Made by a program: the position numbers and the translations under genes. The notes beneath the pieces were generated by a model, which was not told the DNA's origin, ran no database searches, and saw only the letters and a list, made by a program, of their open reading frames with translations. A DNA stretch of 64,000 nt, taken from NCBI RefSeq assembly GCF_947568905.1, contig NC_079167.1, forward strand, positions 22,630,001 through 22,694,000. The letters are read 5' to 3'. Shown here one piece after another: positions 23,821 through 37,906 of the stretch; the first letter of the stretch is position 1; every line of letters starts with the position of its first letter. The DNA is from Ostrea edulis (lineage: Eukaryota).

Positions 23821-26800
23821 CAAATTTCGCAGATTTTTCAGTCACTCAAAAAAAATCGTGTTAATAAGCTATGTAAATGGGGAAAACATTTAAAGAAGAG
23901 AATTGACCCCAATCTACGGAAATTGGCGTTTTGAGGCTGTCAATAAATCCCGATCTTCTCTTTCAGGTACAATACCATAATTAATTTCATATTTCATTTT
24001 AAAAATAAACTTTCACCATATAATAGTGTGCTTTCTATTGAAATTTTTCGTGAAATCATTATTCTGAACTTTTGACAAAATATCACGAGAAGGTTAAATA
24101 TTCATATGCAAAAATTTTTGATAAGTGGTGTAACAGAGATGTAAAATCTAAAAATACATTGGGAAATTGATATCAAATTGATGTGTGAATACCCCCTGTC
24201 ATTAGTGACATCACTTCCTGTAACCAAAAAACAATGCTTGAAACAGTGTGATTTGTGATCGTGAAATATTTTAAATTTTGGTAAGTTTGGTTTAATGAGT
24301 ACAGTTTAAAACAGTCAATGGTGTAACACTGATTTCACAGATAATTTTCAAAATAGAAGCATGGGATGTTCATCCATAGTTCCTATTATAGATCTAATTT
24401 AGATGCAGCTTGCTGCTATCTGTATTTAATGACCTCCTAAGGCTACATCGACATATTTAACCTCAATACATCATTGGTGTAACTGTCAGTTGTGTAACAA
24501 AGAATAATGTTACACAACTGAGGAAAATTGTAACACCACTGACATATTTGTATTATATGGTAAAATTCTAAATTACCAACAATGATAACTTAATTGATTT
24601 AGCTTATTTAGTCACAATTAACATTATTATCTGCAGGTAGATAATTTTGGTCAAATTAAAGCCATCATATGATTATATTAGATATCAGATATTTCAAGTG
24701 TTACACTATTGACTAAATTTGTTATACCACTGATATTACAATTTTCTCAAGAAAAGACAATGGATAAATGCTTAATGTTATAACTTTCTACAATTTTTCT
24801 TTTGTTTTTCATAGAAATTGCGACCGTTGGGATCATTGCAATGTATATTCCATTTGACAATTGTCTTAGACTATTGAAATTAGCTGTATATTTTATGTAA
24901 CACCAATGACGAAATTGTGTTTCCATTGACAAAATAACAAGTTATGGAGTTTATTAGAAAATGGTATTACAAATTCTAACTAAGGTCTAGTTTCTTCGAT
25001 TTTACTAAGAACACTTTTTAGAATATACCTTTCATCAAATTGAAGAGAAGGGAAAAGGGGGTTGGGGTGTTATAGACCATTTGTCCAGGTTATAATACAA
25101 TTAATACCAAAACTTTCATGAGTAATATGTAAAAATATAATAACAGACACCTGGAAACAATTTCTATAACAATTCCTCATAAGAAATGGTAATTTTTCTA
25201 TATATTCCTTATAATGATGCAATCGTTTGAGGACCTCAACGTGCTGTACGCCCTTTGTATTGGGGGGATAACTCGTGCTTTATGTGAAAAATGGATTCCA
25301 TTGGAAAGGTAGTTATTAAAAAGAAGACACACTTAAACAATGTCCATTTGCAAACATACACATGCAATCACTATGACCATTTGATCCCACCCTGATACCA
25401 CACCCCTACCCCATTTCAAATTTTGGTAAAAGACAGACCTGCTCCTTATAAGTATCCAATTACTTTAAAGTTAGTATCAAAAGCATTAAGGAAAATGTTA
25501 CTTAAATGATTTACACATACACACTATATGCTAAGTTTGGTCCCCACCCTGGAGCCACTAAGTGATACTGCGACCTTGGCCTTTGACCTATAACCTTGAT
25601 AAACAATAGGTATCTTTCTCTAATTATAGTAATCGAATGTACCAAGTTGCAATTTGGAATGGTAGTTATCAAGAAGTTAAAATTGTTCAATTGTTAATGT
25701 ACAACGCATGACAATAGACACAGACCAGATGGGAAAGGGGGGAGGTCAGACCAATTCAGATTTCCACGAGCATCATGATAATATTTCATTTATGAGGATC
25801 CGGGTTAGAATAGGTTCCAAATTATCATCAACAAATACATGGTACGCTGTGTAAAAAAGAAAAGTTCACATTTTGCTGCTCCAGTGACCACAAATATCGT
25901 AGTTGTGTTCGCTGCTACAATGTTACTGATATTGACACAAGCTTCAAAGATCAGCTGCAAATAATTTGTTTCATTTCACCGACCGTCATGAATTTGTCAT
26001 TTTTTTCCTCATCATCTCTCCTTTTTCAAAATTATTGGGGCGGTATCTATTACTCCCTTATTGAGATTGCATCTACTTAGACCGGTGTAAGTGGTGTACG
26101 TGTACATGTGCATACATCCAATTTATGTACATGTAAATGATTTTATGACCTGTAGAGATTCATATAAAACTTTGTCCTAGGATATAAGATATATCACACA
26201 TTACACGTATACATTAATCATATAAGCAAAATCATCAAAATTCAGTTTGTTACTTTCGTTTTACATTTACATTGTGCAAAGCCTCTCTAGATTTTTTTTT
26301 CAGATAAAATGTAAAATTTAATTGTAAACCACATGTATCTTATAATAGTTATAGTTTAGCATAGTTCAAATTATCATTCAAGGTTGTAAATATACTCAAA
26401 CTTCACATGTCTTACGAAAATGTGATAATGTATAATTTTTCAAGATTTTAAGGGGGGTGTATTTGTTGTAGATCTGATAGCTTCTAAAATAATACGTCAA
26501 CATATGATTTTCATGCTCAAATCCTTATTCTAAGATAATAATCTGTAAATCAAAAACAATTTATTGAAGGTTTAGTCCATCAAAATTAGGGAAAAGACCA
26601 ATATTGACGTGAAATGGTATCTCCTACAGTATTTCCTTTCACATGTTTGGGCTCATAAAGTATACATTGTGAAAATATTTATTCCAATTTATTAGAATAA
26701 ATGATTACATACCATTAAATAAAGGGTATATAGTATATGTTCCTTATTACAGCCCATTTGTTTGGGGAAATAATAATTAATAAGAAAAATAAAGAAGGAG

Positions 26801-27789
26801 GAGTGCATTTTCTTTAATGTCGATGGGGTGCTTACTTTTGAGAAACAATAACAACGAAAATAGCATGTCAACATATATATTTTTCAATGTCTATCTATTA
26901 CTGGAATGTATGTTTATCTTGTAAAGGCAATTTTTTCATGATTGAGTCCATTTAAGGCCGAGTATAGATCTACCTTAAGTATGTTGACACTTTTAGTGAT
27001 TACCTTTGACATCATTTATTACTGCATATGTAACTTACACAAACACTATCATCAGTGGAGTAACGACAATATAAGTGGTGTAACACACACCTTCATCATT
27101 TGTACGTACAAGCAAAACTATTCTTGTTCGATTTCTTTTTCATTGAAAGGAAATGTATGAAATTATTCAAAGGAGTGGTGTGATTAGTTTTTAGCTTTAC
27201 TGTTAAAGTGTTTGGGTCCACTTCTGTTATGTTTATGTCAGTGGTGTAATTTACTTGTCAGTGGTCAAACACATTTTGTCTTTGGTGTTACAATTTTCTT
27301 GATCGCAGACAAAGATGGTCATATATCAGTATCAAACTTTTCTTAAAATAAGATTTAAATGAATCTATTTAATCTGTAATAATATTTTTGTGTCATTTTG
27401 TAATAATGCAGGTATCATGTTAAAAAGAGAGGAAGGATTTAAAAATAGTGTCTCAGATATACCATTTTGTGTCAGTTTAATTATAGAATTACTATTTTAA
27501 ACATCAGACCAAAATATATCAATTTTAATGTGTGTGTTTTTTTGTTGCAATTATTTATACCATTTTCAAAGTATTATTACTTATCCTTTTCCCCCGTTAT
27601 TATATATTTGTTACACCATTGATAGATTTGTTCTACCTATTCACCTTTGACCCCATTTTTGGCAATGGGGCACATTTCATGTTTGCAAAATTTAATATGT
27701 TTTATCCTAATGTTTGATAAACATGTTATGCTAAAAAAAATTTGGAATTTAGAGCTATACATTTCTTGTCATTTCTTATCCTGAAAAAT

Positions 27790-28110
27790 CTGCGAAATTT
27801 GATAATGACCCAATATTGCTACATAAATATTGGAAGTTGACGATGGAGAAGCTGAAATCATCCCGTTTGTCATAAAGTTGAGTTGTTAGTTTGCCGTTAA
27901 TATTCATTTTCAATAAAATATATTGAAGTACGAAGCAGACAGGGAGGGTTTTCTGTGATGTCTTTATTTCGAGTTCACAGGGATATACCGAATCGATACA
28001 GAAATGAAAATAATTATTGTTAATAGATAAAACGTCTTCGGTATATCTACAGCTAAATGTCGAGTTGAAGGCCACAGGAAGAGATTGTCTTCTCACGTAG
28101 AAGTTGTAGA
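27790..28110 (-). pseudogene. Degenerate Penelope-like (Naiad-type) RT fragment
   Basis: FNSTF..RYTEDVLSINN (decayed YIDD motif) ... QLYDKRDDFSFSIVNF.YLCSNI. Confidence 0.75.
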
Positions 28111-30163
28111 ATGTATACATTTGTCAACTGCTCATTCAGTGTGTGTAAATACATTCACATGTTGACCTTTGACCTTTCTAATCTGCGTCATTCAGTATGT
28201 AGCCTTGATCAGTCACGAACTGGACATAGATAGTAAAAACAGAGATGTCGTCTTTAATCTCCAAATTCAATAAACATTGTTCTTATTCAGTGCAGATTTG
28301 TCAATCATGAAGGCTTCTATTAGTTTGAGTTAAGCAGACGGACAATTATTATGGCAGGCGAAAATAAAACTCTGTCCATTCCTTGATCATCATTTATCAA
28401 TTTACATAATTCATAAGTCTTTGTTTGAACGGATGAATACACAGCACGAAAAGTTTGACGTCTTCGTACCACTACGGTTGTTGTGAACAGTAATGAATTT
28501 TTTTTTAAAAAATCAAGCACTTTACGAATCATTACTTTGAGAATAGGTTGAGTCTGCACTACATGAGGATACTTTCATATTAATCAAATAATGTTAATTC
28601 TCCAATTTACTTTAAATCTATCTTGTGGCCCTATCTTAAACCCGGGATCTTAGTACAGAAAAATCTACAATAGAAGTATTTGTTTGTGTATTCATTTGAC
28701 GTCTAGTGCCCTATAACCTAACTCAAATCACCATGTCGGGTTCATTTTGACAAGGGTTGAACAGAAAGTCTTCAGTACATAATGAACTGGAATCCTCCCG
28801 GTAGATTACCTGGGTAGGGAGGGTAGAATCCCCATTTCTTATCCTGTCCTTTTGTCAAAGACTCGGGGATAAAAAAAGAGAAACATATGAAAAATAAATC
28901 CAATCACAAAATATGTGAGATTTTATATATACATTCCTTAACTGCATCTATCAATATTTTGTATGAGAAATGTTTTCCATGTTTACTAATTAGCAGATGG
29001 AAGAACAGGGGGTCAAAAGAAATCTTACATGTATATCAAATTTCAATACCGGATCATAATAAAGTAATGGTTTTCTAGTGGTTTATTCAAGAACAAAACC
29101 CTGTTTTTAAAAAAAAGATGGAAAAACACTTATTTTCTTTCTTTTAAAGATTCTCTTACATGTATTTAGTCAGCATGATGATTTGATATTCAACCATTAT
29201 TATCTTTTGTGAAATTAAGTACATTTGATAACGGTAGAAAAGAAAAAAAATTAACACACCCTCCAATTTGGTTTGATTTGGCCCAATCCGGTTTTTTGGA
29301 TTGTGTATTGACCTTGGCAGAAGAGCAGTCTAACATTTAACATTATTTGTAACAACATTAGTCCAATGCGGCGAACGTATTTATCTTATTTATACAATTT
29401 TCATTGCAAACCAACCAATAGTGACGTGAAAAATGTCAAATGCCTTTGGAATAAAACTTATCCAAATTATGTTATTGAAAGTTCAACCAAACGAGTTTTA
29501 AAGGTCACAATTCTCATGCATCACAAAAGTGCAAAGACTAGAGAAAACAATTCATGAAATCGTCCAAAAATAGTCGATATATGAATTATATTCTCGAAGC
29601 AATTAATGTTATGTGTAACCTTTCTCCATAGCATTCCCATGAAAGCAGAAATATGCTTTTCATCATTTATAGATCTAGGTTAAAGTCTAGCAACCCGAAA
29701 CAGAATTTAAAAAAAAACTAATGACCTTCGTTTTCAAATGTTAAAGATCTAGATTAAAATTAAGCTCATCCCCTACCCAAAGCAATGACCTTCGTTTGAT
29801 TAGATTTGTAAAATCATGATCTATCCTAAAAGTTTGACAAGTTTAATCAATAAATAAATGACTCATTGAATAACAGCCAGGTACAGAAAAGGACATCGAT
29901 ATAATTATGGAAATTGATATAATTATACAATCAATTTACTCGGCGCTATCCCCAGTAGTTTTTCAATCCTCGAGTCTAAATTTTTAGAAACCAATTGATG
30001 TTATACGGCGATGATCCAATGCGACGTGTACAAAGAATGAGAACGCATTTAGCAGACCGCTTAAAAGAGGATACTTAGAACACCGCATCCAAATGAAAGC
30101 AATTTTTGAAAATCGTGTTAGTATACCGACACTTTCTAAAAAAAACCAGTTCGGGTATTTTGT

Positions 30164-33100
30164 CTATTGTGACTTCTTTGCTAGTTTTGTATGTTATGTG
30201 GTAACTATTGTGACTTCTTTGTTAGTTATGTGGTAACTATTGTGACTTCTTTGTTAGTTTTGTATGTTATATGGTAACTATTGTGACGTCTTTGTTAGTT
30301 TGGTATGTTATGTGGTAACTATTGTGATTTCTTTGTTAGTTTTGTATGTTATGTGGTAACTATTGTGACTTCTTTGCTAGTTTTGTGTGTAATGTGGTAA
30401 TTATTGTGACTTCTTTGTTAGTTTTGTATGTTATGTGGTAACTATTGTGACTTCTTTGTTAGTTTTGTATGTTATGTGGTAACTATTGTGACTTCTTTGT
30501 TAGTTTTGTATGTTATGTGGTAATTATTGTGACTTCTTTGTTAGTTTTGTATGTTATGTGGTAACTATTGTTTGTTTGATATTCGTAGGATTGGTTAACT
30601 ATATATCGTTAACCGAATGGTGACTGTATTATCTGCCATAATACTATCCATCTCATTGCGATCCAGCCTCACCCTCCAACACCTCCCAAATGCACCAACA
30701 TAGTGAAGTTGAAGTGTGTTGTAGTAACATACATATGCTCCGTATGGGACGTATGGGTTGTCCCATGGTTTAAAAATTAAATAAATATAAATAAATAAGG
30801 ACCATCGTGTACCAACACGTCTAATGACTGTGGTTCTGTCTTTTGATGGCCGGACACATACATGTGGTCATATGTCATAAATCATAATGAAATAAAGAAG
30901 TAACTTATAAATGATTCATAAAATTGATAAAGAAAATTTAATATAATAATTTTTATTTGATTTGATTTATTTAATAATTTTAATAATAATTTATTTATTT
31001 AATAATTTTAATAATAATTTCTGTTTAATATATTATAATTTTTTATAAATAACAGAATATTTAATATTTATTTGGATTTGGATTTTAATAGAAGGTAATA
31101 ATTAGTAATATTAGTAACAGGTAAAAGTAATAGGGATGTACATGTATGTATGTAGGTATGTATATACATGTGAAATAACTAAAATATATACAGAAAAGAA
31201 TTAGGGTAGGGTCGCCAAAGAAAATTTTGAAAATAGAGTGCTACTAGTTATTAGTTATTAATTATAAATTATGCCATACAACAATTTTGAGATCGTCATT
31301 AGGCAAGAATTTTGAGGTCGTCATCAGGTGCTACACCTCATACCCTGTACCATGTTTCTGTAGCTAGATCCAGCTTATAGCACGACATGGCTCCCTAACT
31401 CTTATTCGATAGTATTTATTATGTATGTAAACTAAAGATGTATATCGTAATAAAATAATAAAGTAAAAAAGGTTAGTGAGTTAGTTCATATAACAAATTA
31501 GTATGACATAGATTAAATTAATGACTATATCAATGGCTATAATAATTGATTTTAAAATAATATATAACCGTGATATTACAGCATAATAATTTACATATAA
31601 ACACATAAACATACATTTACATATGCACAGATATATACATATAATATAACCATTGTGACTTCTTTGTTAGTTTTGTATGTTATGTGGTAACTATTGTGAC
31701 GTCTTTGTTAGTTTTGTATGTAATGTGGTAACTATTGTGACGTCTTTGTTAGTTTTGTATGTTATATGGTAACTATTGTGACTTCTTTGTTAGTTTTGTA
31801 TGTTATGTGGTAACTATTGTGACTTCTTTGCTAGTTTTGTATGTTATGTGGTAACTATTGTGACTTCTTTGCTAGTTTTGTGTGTAATGTGGTAACTATT
31901 GTGACTTCTTTGTTAGTTTTGTATGTTATGTGGTAACTATTGTGACGTCTTTGTTAGTTATGTGGTAACTATTGTGACTTCTTTGCTAATTTTGTATGTT
32001 ATGTGGTAACTATTGTGACTTCTTTGTTAGTTATGTGGTAACTATTGTGACTTCTTTGTTAGTTTTGTATGTTATGTGGTAACTATTGTGACGTCTTTGT
32101 TAGTTTTGTATGTTATGTGGTAACTATTGTGACTTCTTTGTTAGTTTTGTATGCTATGTGGTAACTATTGTGACTTCTTTGTTAGTTTTGTATGTTATGT
32201 GGTAACTATTGTGACTTCTTTGCTAGTTTTGTATGTAATGTGGTAACTATTGTGACTTCTTTGTTAGTTTGGTATGTTATGTGGTAACTATTGTGACTTC
32301 TTTGTTAGTTTTGTATGTAATGTGGTAACTATTGTGACTTCTTTGTTAGTTTTGTATGTTATGTGGTAACTATTGTGACTTCTTTGCTAGTTTTGTATGT
32401 AATGTGGTAACTATTGTGACTTCTTTGTTAGTTATGTGGTAACTATGTGACTTCTTTGCTAGTTTTGTATGTTATGTGGTAATTATTGTGACTTCTTTGT
32501 TAGTTTTGTATGTTATGTGGTAACTATTGTGACTTCTTTGTTAGTTTTGTATGTTATGTGGTAACTATTGTGACTTCTTTGTTAGTTTTGTATGTTCTGT
32601 GGTAACTATTGTGACTTCTTTGCTAGTTTTGTGTGTAATGTGGTAATTATTGTGACTTCTTTGTTAGTTTTGTATGTTATATGGTAACTATTGTGACTTC
32701 TTTGCTAGTTTTGTATGTAATGTGGTAACTATTGTGACTTCTTTGTTAGTTATGTGGTAACTATGTGACTTCTTTGCTAGTTTTGTATGTTATGTGGTAA
32801 CTATTGTGACTTCTTTGTTAGTTTTGTATGTTATGTGGTAACTATTGTGACTTCTTTGTTAGTTTTGTATGTTATGTGGTAACTATTGTGACTTCTTTGT
32901 TAGTTTTGTGTGTAATGTGGTAATTATTGTGACTTCTTTGCTAGTTTTGTATGTTATGTGGTAACTATTGTGACTTCTTTGTTAGTTTTGTATGTTATGT
33001 GGTAACTATTGTGACTTCTTTGTTAGTTTGGTATGTTATGTGGTAACTATTGTGACTTCTTTGTTAGTTTTGTGTGTAATGTGGTAATTATTGTGACTTC

Positions 33101-33920
33101 TTTGTTAGTTTTGTATGTTATGTGGTAACTATTGTGACTTCTTTGCTAGTTTTGTATGTTATGTGGTAACTATTGTGACTTCTTTGTTAGTTTTGTATGT
33201 TATGTGGTATCTATTGTGACTTCTTTGTTAGTTTTGTATGTTATGTGGTAATTATTGTGACTTCTTTGCTAGTTTTGTATGTTATGTGGTAACTATTGTG
33301 ACTTCTTTGTTAGTTTTGTATGTTATGTGGTATCTATTGTGACTTCTTTGTTAGTTTTGTATGTTATGTGGTAACTATTGTGACTTCTTTGTTAGTTTTG
33401 TATGTTATGTGGTAACTATTGTGACTTCTTTGTTAGTTATGTGGTAACTATGTGACTTCTTTGCTAGTTTTGTATGTTATGTGGTAACTATGTGACTTCT
33501 TTGTTAGTTTTGTATGTTATGTGGTAACTATTGTGACTTCTTTGCTAGTTTTGTATGTTATGTGGTAACTATTGTGACTTCTTTGTTAGTTATGTGGTAA
33601 CTATTGTGACTTCTTTGTTAGTTTTGTATGTTATGTGGTAACTATTGTGACTTCTTTGTTAGTTTTGTATGTTATGTGGTAACTATTGTGACTTCTTTAT
33701 TAGTTTTGTATGTTATGTGGTAACTATTGTGACTTCTTTGTTAGTTTTGTGTGTAATGTGGTAATTATTGTGACTTCTTTGCTAGTTTTGTATGTTATGT
33801 GGTAACTATGTGACTTCTTTGTTAGTTTGGTATGTTATGTGGTAACTATTGTGACTTCTTTGCTAGTTTTGTATGTTATGTGGTACATGTAATTATTTTG
33901 GCTTCTTTGCTAGTCTTGTA
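30164..33920 (+). repeat. 41-bp satellite (AACTATTGTGACTTCTTTGTTAGTTTTGTATGTTATGTGGT) with 30-bp deletion variants, split by a 1.08-kb insert
   Basis: Arrays at 30164-30570 and 31652-33920; period 41 measured. Confidence 0.97.
30571..31646. mobile_element. Unclassified AT-rich insertion in the satellite
   Basis: Flanked by TAACTATTG (30562-30570) and TAACCATTG (31647-31655); no TIR or ORF seen. Confidence 0.55.
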
Positions 33921-34271
33921 TGAAAATGTGCCACAGTTTTCTTCCTCATCATGTACAATATAAAATGTATTTTAATAGAGTGACAAACGGATATATGGAC
34001 TTTGATTTCTCAGGGAAGTTAACATTACTTAGTGCATGTCACAATAAATCGATCTTCCTAAACTGAATCCTGAGGTATAAATATAACTCATAAAATTGAT
34101 ACCGTGGGATAGTACATGTACGTGAGATTTGTCACAGACTAATCCAAAAAAAAAGTCAACTTAAAATGAATAGTACATGCACGCGCTATTTCTTATCCAA
34201 CTAATCCAAAAATCCAAAATAAACGTCCACTGAAAATTTACTTATATAATGTCAAAATCAACTGCACAAGA

Positions 34272-34742
34272 GATGCACCAATCGGAAGCCTTGCAGTGTA
34301 CGGCAGTTCCAGGTTATGCACCAATCGGAAGCCTCGCAGTATACGGCAGTTCTAGGTGATACACCAATCGGAAGCCTCGCAGTATACGGCAGTTCCAGGT
34401 GATGCACCAATCGGAAGCCTCGCAGTATACTGCAGTTCTAGGTGATACACCAATCGGGAATCTCGCAGAATACGACAGTTCCATGAGATGCACCTGTCGG
34501 AAGCATCACTGTATATGACATTTCCAGGTGCTGCACCAGTCGGAATCATCACAGTATACGGCAGTTCCAGGTGCTGCACCAGTCGGAATCATCACAGTAT
34601 ACGGCAGTTCCAGGTGATGCACCAGTCGGAAGCATCACAGTATACGGCAGTTCCAGGTGCTGCACCAATCGGAAGCATCACAGTATACGGCAGTTCCAGG
34701 TGCTGCACCAGTCGGAAGCATCATAGTATATGGCAGTTCCAC
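34272..34742 (+). repeat. 43-bp GC-balanced minisatellite, ~11 copies, two sub-types
   Basis: ccaggtgatgcaccaatcggaagcctcgcagtatacggcagtt; period 43. Confidence 0.95.
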
Positions 34743-35286
34743 GTGACCCCCACCAATAAATGAAGTTCTCCTTCGCGAGCACAGGTAATAAATCCATGGC
34801 CATATGCCTCGTCAAATATAATTTTTTCTCGGGATATAGATTTCTCAAATAACCTTCTGACACATTAGGCCAAGACAAAATTTTCATTTTGATATATACA
34901 CATTCTTACACTTTCCTCGCGTTAGTTTACTGACAATCAATTCTCAATTCTCTGTCTGTACGTCTACCACCAAGTCCCGGTGCGCTTCTACCAAACTTGC
35001 TTTGAAATGATCCCATTTAATTAAAGAAAATATAACGTATTTCTAACTAAACCGGTAACTTCTTAAATATATGCTTATATTGCACAAGTTAGCAAATCGC
35101 ACTGCAACTTTGACTATTAAGCTTCTTATCGACCACAGGAGCAGTGCGTATTGGGAAATGAGAAATCATCTTGCATTTTTTCGGAAGTTTTTACAAATAC
35201 TCCCCGGAATGGCAGTGTGTAAAATATAGAAGCAACTCATTATGAGTTTCCAGTATAGATAAAAGTTATGTTGTTTAAATATAGTA

Positions 35287-35288
<2 letters not shown>

Positions 35289-35352
<64 letters not shown>
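35289..35352. repeat. (CT)n microsatellite
   Basis: Seen directly. Confidence 0.95.
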
Positions 35353-35357
<5 letters not shown>

Positions 35358-36869
35358 ATGTGTGCGTGCGTGCGTGTGTTGTTTCGTTTAAAATCCGCGA
35401 CGTACACATCAGATATCCACAGACTAGCCAGTTCAACAAATCCGGGGTATGCCTTGGCATTGGATTCTATTTATAAGCTAAATAACACATTAAAAGGACT
35501 GCTTCACATTTCTTGATAAAAATATTTTTGATTTTTCAAAATATAACTCATTTAATGCTGACAACCAAAATTTTGACCTTCTGAATGCAAAATTAAAAGC
35601 AATAGGATAGACATAATAAACTTAGATCGACATCCATTTCTTTTGAAAATTTCGTAAACAATTACATACCGCAATTTTTGTTTAGAAAACAAACGATAAA
35701 CATCTGTGATGATGTACCCTTAATTTTTTTGTGAAAGCATTACACAGGAAATTTTGATCAAACATTTTGGGGGAAATAGTGAATTGTCCCTCTGATCATT
35801 TCGGAAGCATGTTGCAATCTATTGAAACTATAATAATTTGCATACCATCTTAATGGTACTTACATTTTCTGACAAATCAACATCTTCAATGTAAATTACG
35901 TTATAAGCTAAGCATGAGCGGATTTAGGATTTCAATTTAATTTAAACAGTACATGTATTTATGACAAATCATAGCAGGGTCGGACAGCAGGCACTGTGTA
36001 TATAAGCCCCCCCCCCCCCCCCCCCTAGAAGGTACAAGGTCATACAAGCATTAGAAGAAAAAAAAGAATATAAACACACACAAAGGATACGATAATTTAA
36101 ACGTTTCAATTTAGAGGGGCGTGGGAAATAGTCCCGAGATTGTCATGGAGGGGTTGGGGGAACCAGTCCCCGGAACGTCCCGTCTTTAACCACGGGTTTT
36201 TGTTTCATTCTATTTGTGAAACAGAATAAAACAATAACTGGTTTGCGATGATGTAATGAAATCACTTGTAACACTAACAGAATTTTCAAGTATGCATGTT
36301 TCAATTTTTAAACTTCATCTAATTATGTTTGATAATCAGACTTGGGTGACATCCGTATTTATTTTATACGCTTTCTCTGAACTTCCTCGATAAACCTGTT
36401 GCAGCACTTGTTAGTTTAAGATCTTTTGAGGTACACCTGCTGATATCTAAGTTCTGCTGGAATTCTAACCGGACACGTCCAATATTGAAACCTAAAATTA
36501 TGGATAATTCATAAATTTATAACTAAAAATCAAATCCTCTTGTAAGTGCTCTTACATAAATGATAACACATGTATCAATGCCCCCCTCCTTTTTTTTAAG
36601 TAAGTGTTTCCTGATTTTGTTTCCAATTTCAAATAAAATATTTCATATTACACTCTCCGTGTGTTTCTTTGGAATATTCAAAAGTCTAGCGGCCAATTAT
36701 GGCGTGTAAAACTTTGTAATATATAGATACAAGTCTTGATTTACATTCAATGATCTTGTTATTCATATGCGAAAATCTTGATATACATGTGTATATTCGA
36801 CACAGGTAATTGTATCACTTGGGTTCGAATTTACTCTTTAATAGTAAATTCGAACCCAAGCGATATAAT

Positions 36870-37230
36870 TGCCGTGGTATTCGATAATTTTGATATTTAT
36901 ATGCAAACATTTTTATTTATATGCGATAAATCTTGACTTATATTTGATAATCGTGTTATCTACATTCGATAAATTTTGATTTATATACGATAAACATTGA
37001 TTTAGATTCAATAAATCTTGATTTTTATTAGATTATCTTGTTATTGATATTCGATTATCTTGTTACATATGTATTTACTTTCGATGATTTTGTTATTCAT
37101 ATTTGATAAATCTTGATTTATATTAGATAATCTTGTAATTTATATTCCATAAATCTTGATTTATATTAGATAATCTTGTTATTCCTATTCGAAAAAAAAA
37201 TAATGTAACTTATATTCGATAATGCTGATT
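36870..37230 (+). repeat. Degenerate ~21-bp tandem repeat (gataatcttg..ttatatattc)
   Basis: Seen directly, highly diverged. Confidence 0.65.
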
Positions 37231-37381
37231 TGCACGCGCTAGATGTAATAAACAGAGTTCTTTGTAAAGGCATTCAAATTTTTACTGACCATTAGCAATA
37301 CCCTACTGAAGCATTCTAAACATTAAATGGAAAAATGAAATTTGAAAATTTTCATCTCAAACCGTGTCCATGCCCCTTTAA

Positions 37382-37906
37382 AGGGACTGATTCACGATTT
37401 CCACCAACATTTTCTTTTTCACTTTTAATGATCAAAATCTACTGTCTAATGTGTTTAAAAGAGTTCACATAAAAATTAAGGTTATACATTATCACAGAAG
37501 CTCATTTTAGAGAGTTCATTATTTGTTTTGTAAACAAAGATATCGATTGCGTTATGTTATTGTTTACGAAATGTTCAAAAGAAATGGATATCGATCCAAG
37601 TTTATTATATATTTCATATTTCAAGCATTTTGGGGGTAAATGTGTCAGCTAGAGGTTAAAAGTTGTGACTATTCAAAATTAAGATGCTTTATATTTCAAA
37701 ATCAATATTTCACTTGTTATTTTGTATACATAAATAGACTCGAGTCTTTGTTTACATAACACAGATTTAAGGCTAAAATATTGCTTTAATTCTTGCATTC
37801 AAAAGGTCAAAATTTTGGCTGTCAACATTAAATGAGTTATATTTTTAATGTTTACCATCAAATATGAATTTATTTATTTTTTATCAAAAATCGTGAACCA
37901 GTCCCT
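37382..37906. mobile_element. TTAA-flanked TIR MITE (Kolobok-like)
   Basis: TTAA|agggactgattcacgattt ... aaatcgtgaaccagtccct|TTAA. Confidence 0.8.

Noticed and set aside
23870-27740. Region with recurring gtggtgtaaca motifs suggesting a large decayed DNA transposon
   Set aside because: Termini, TSD and coding remnants could not be defined.
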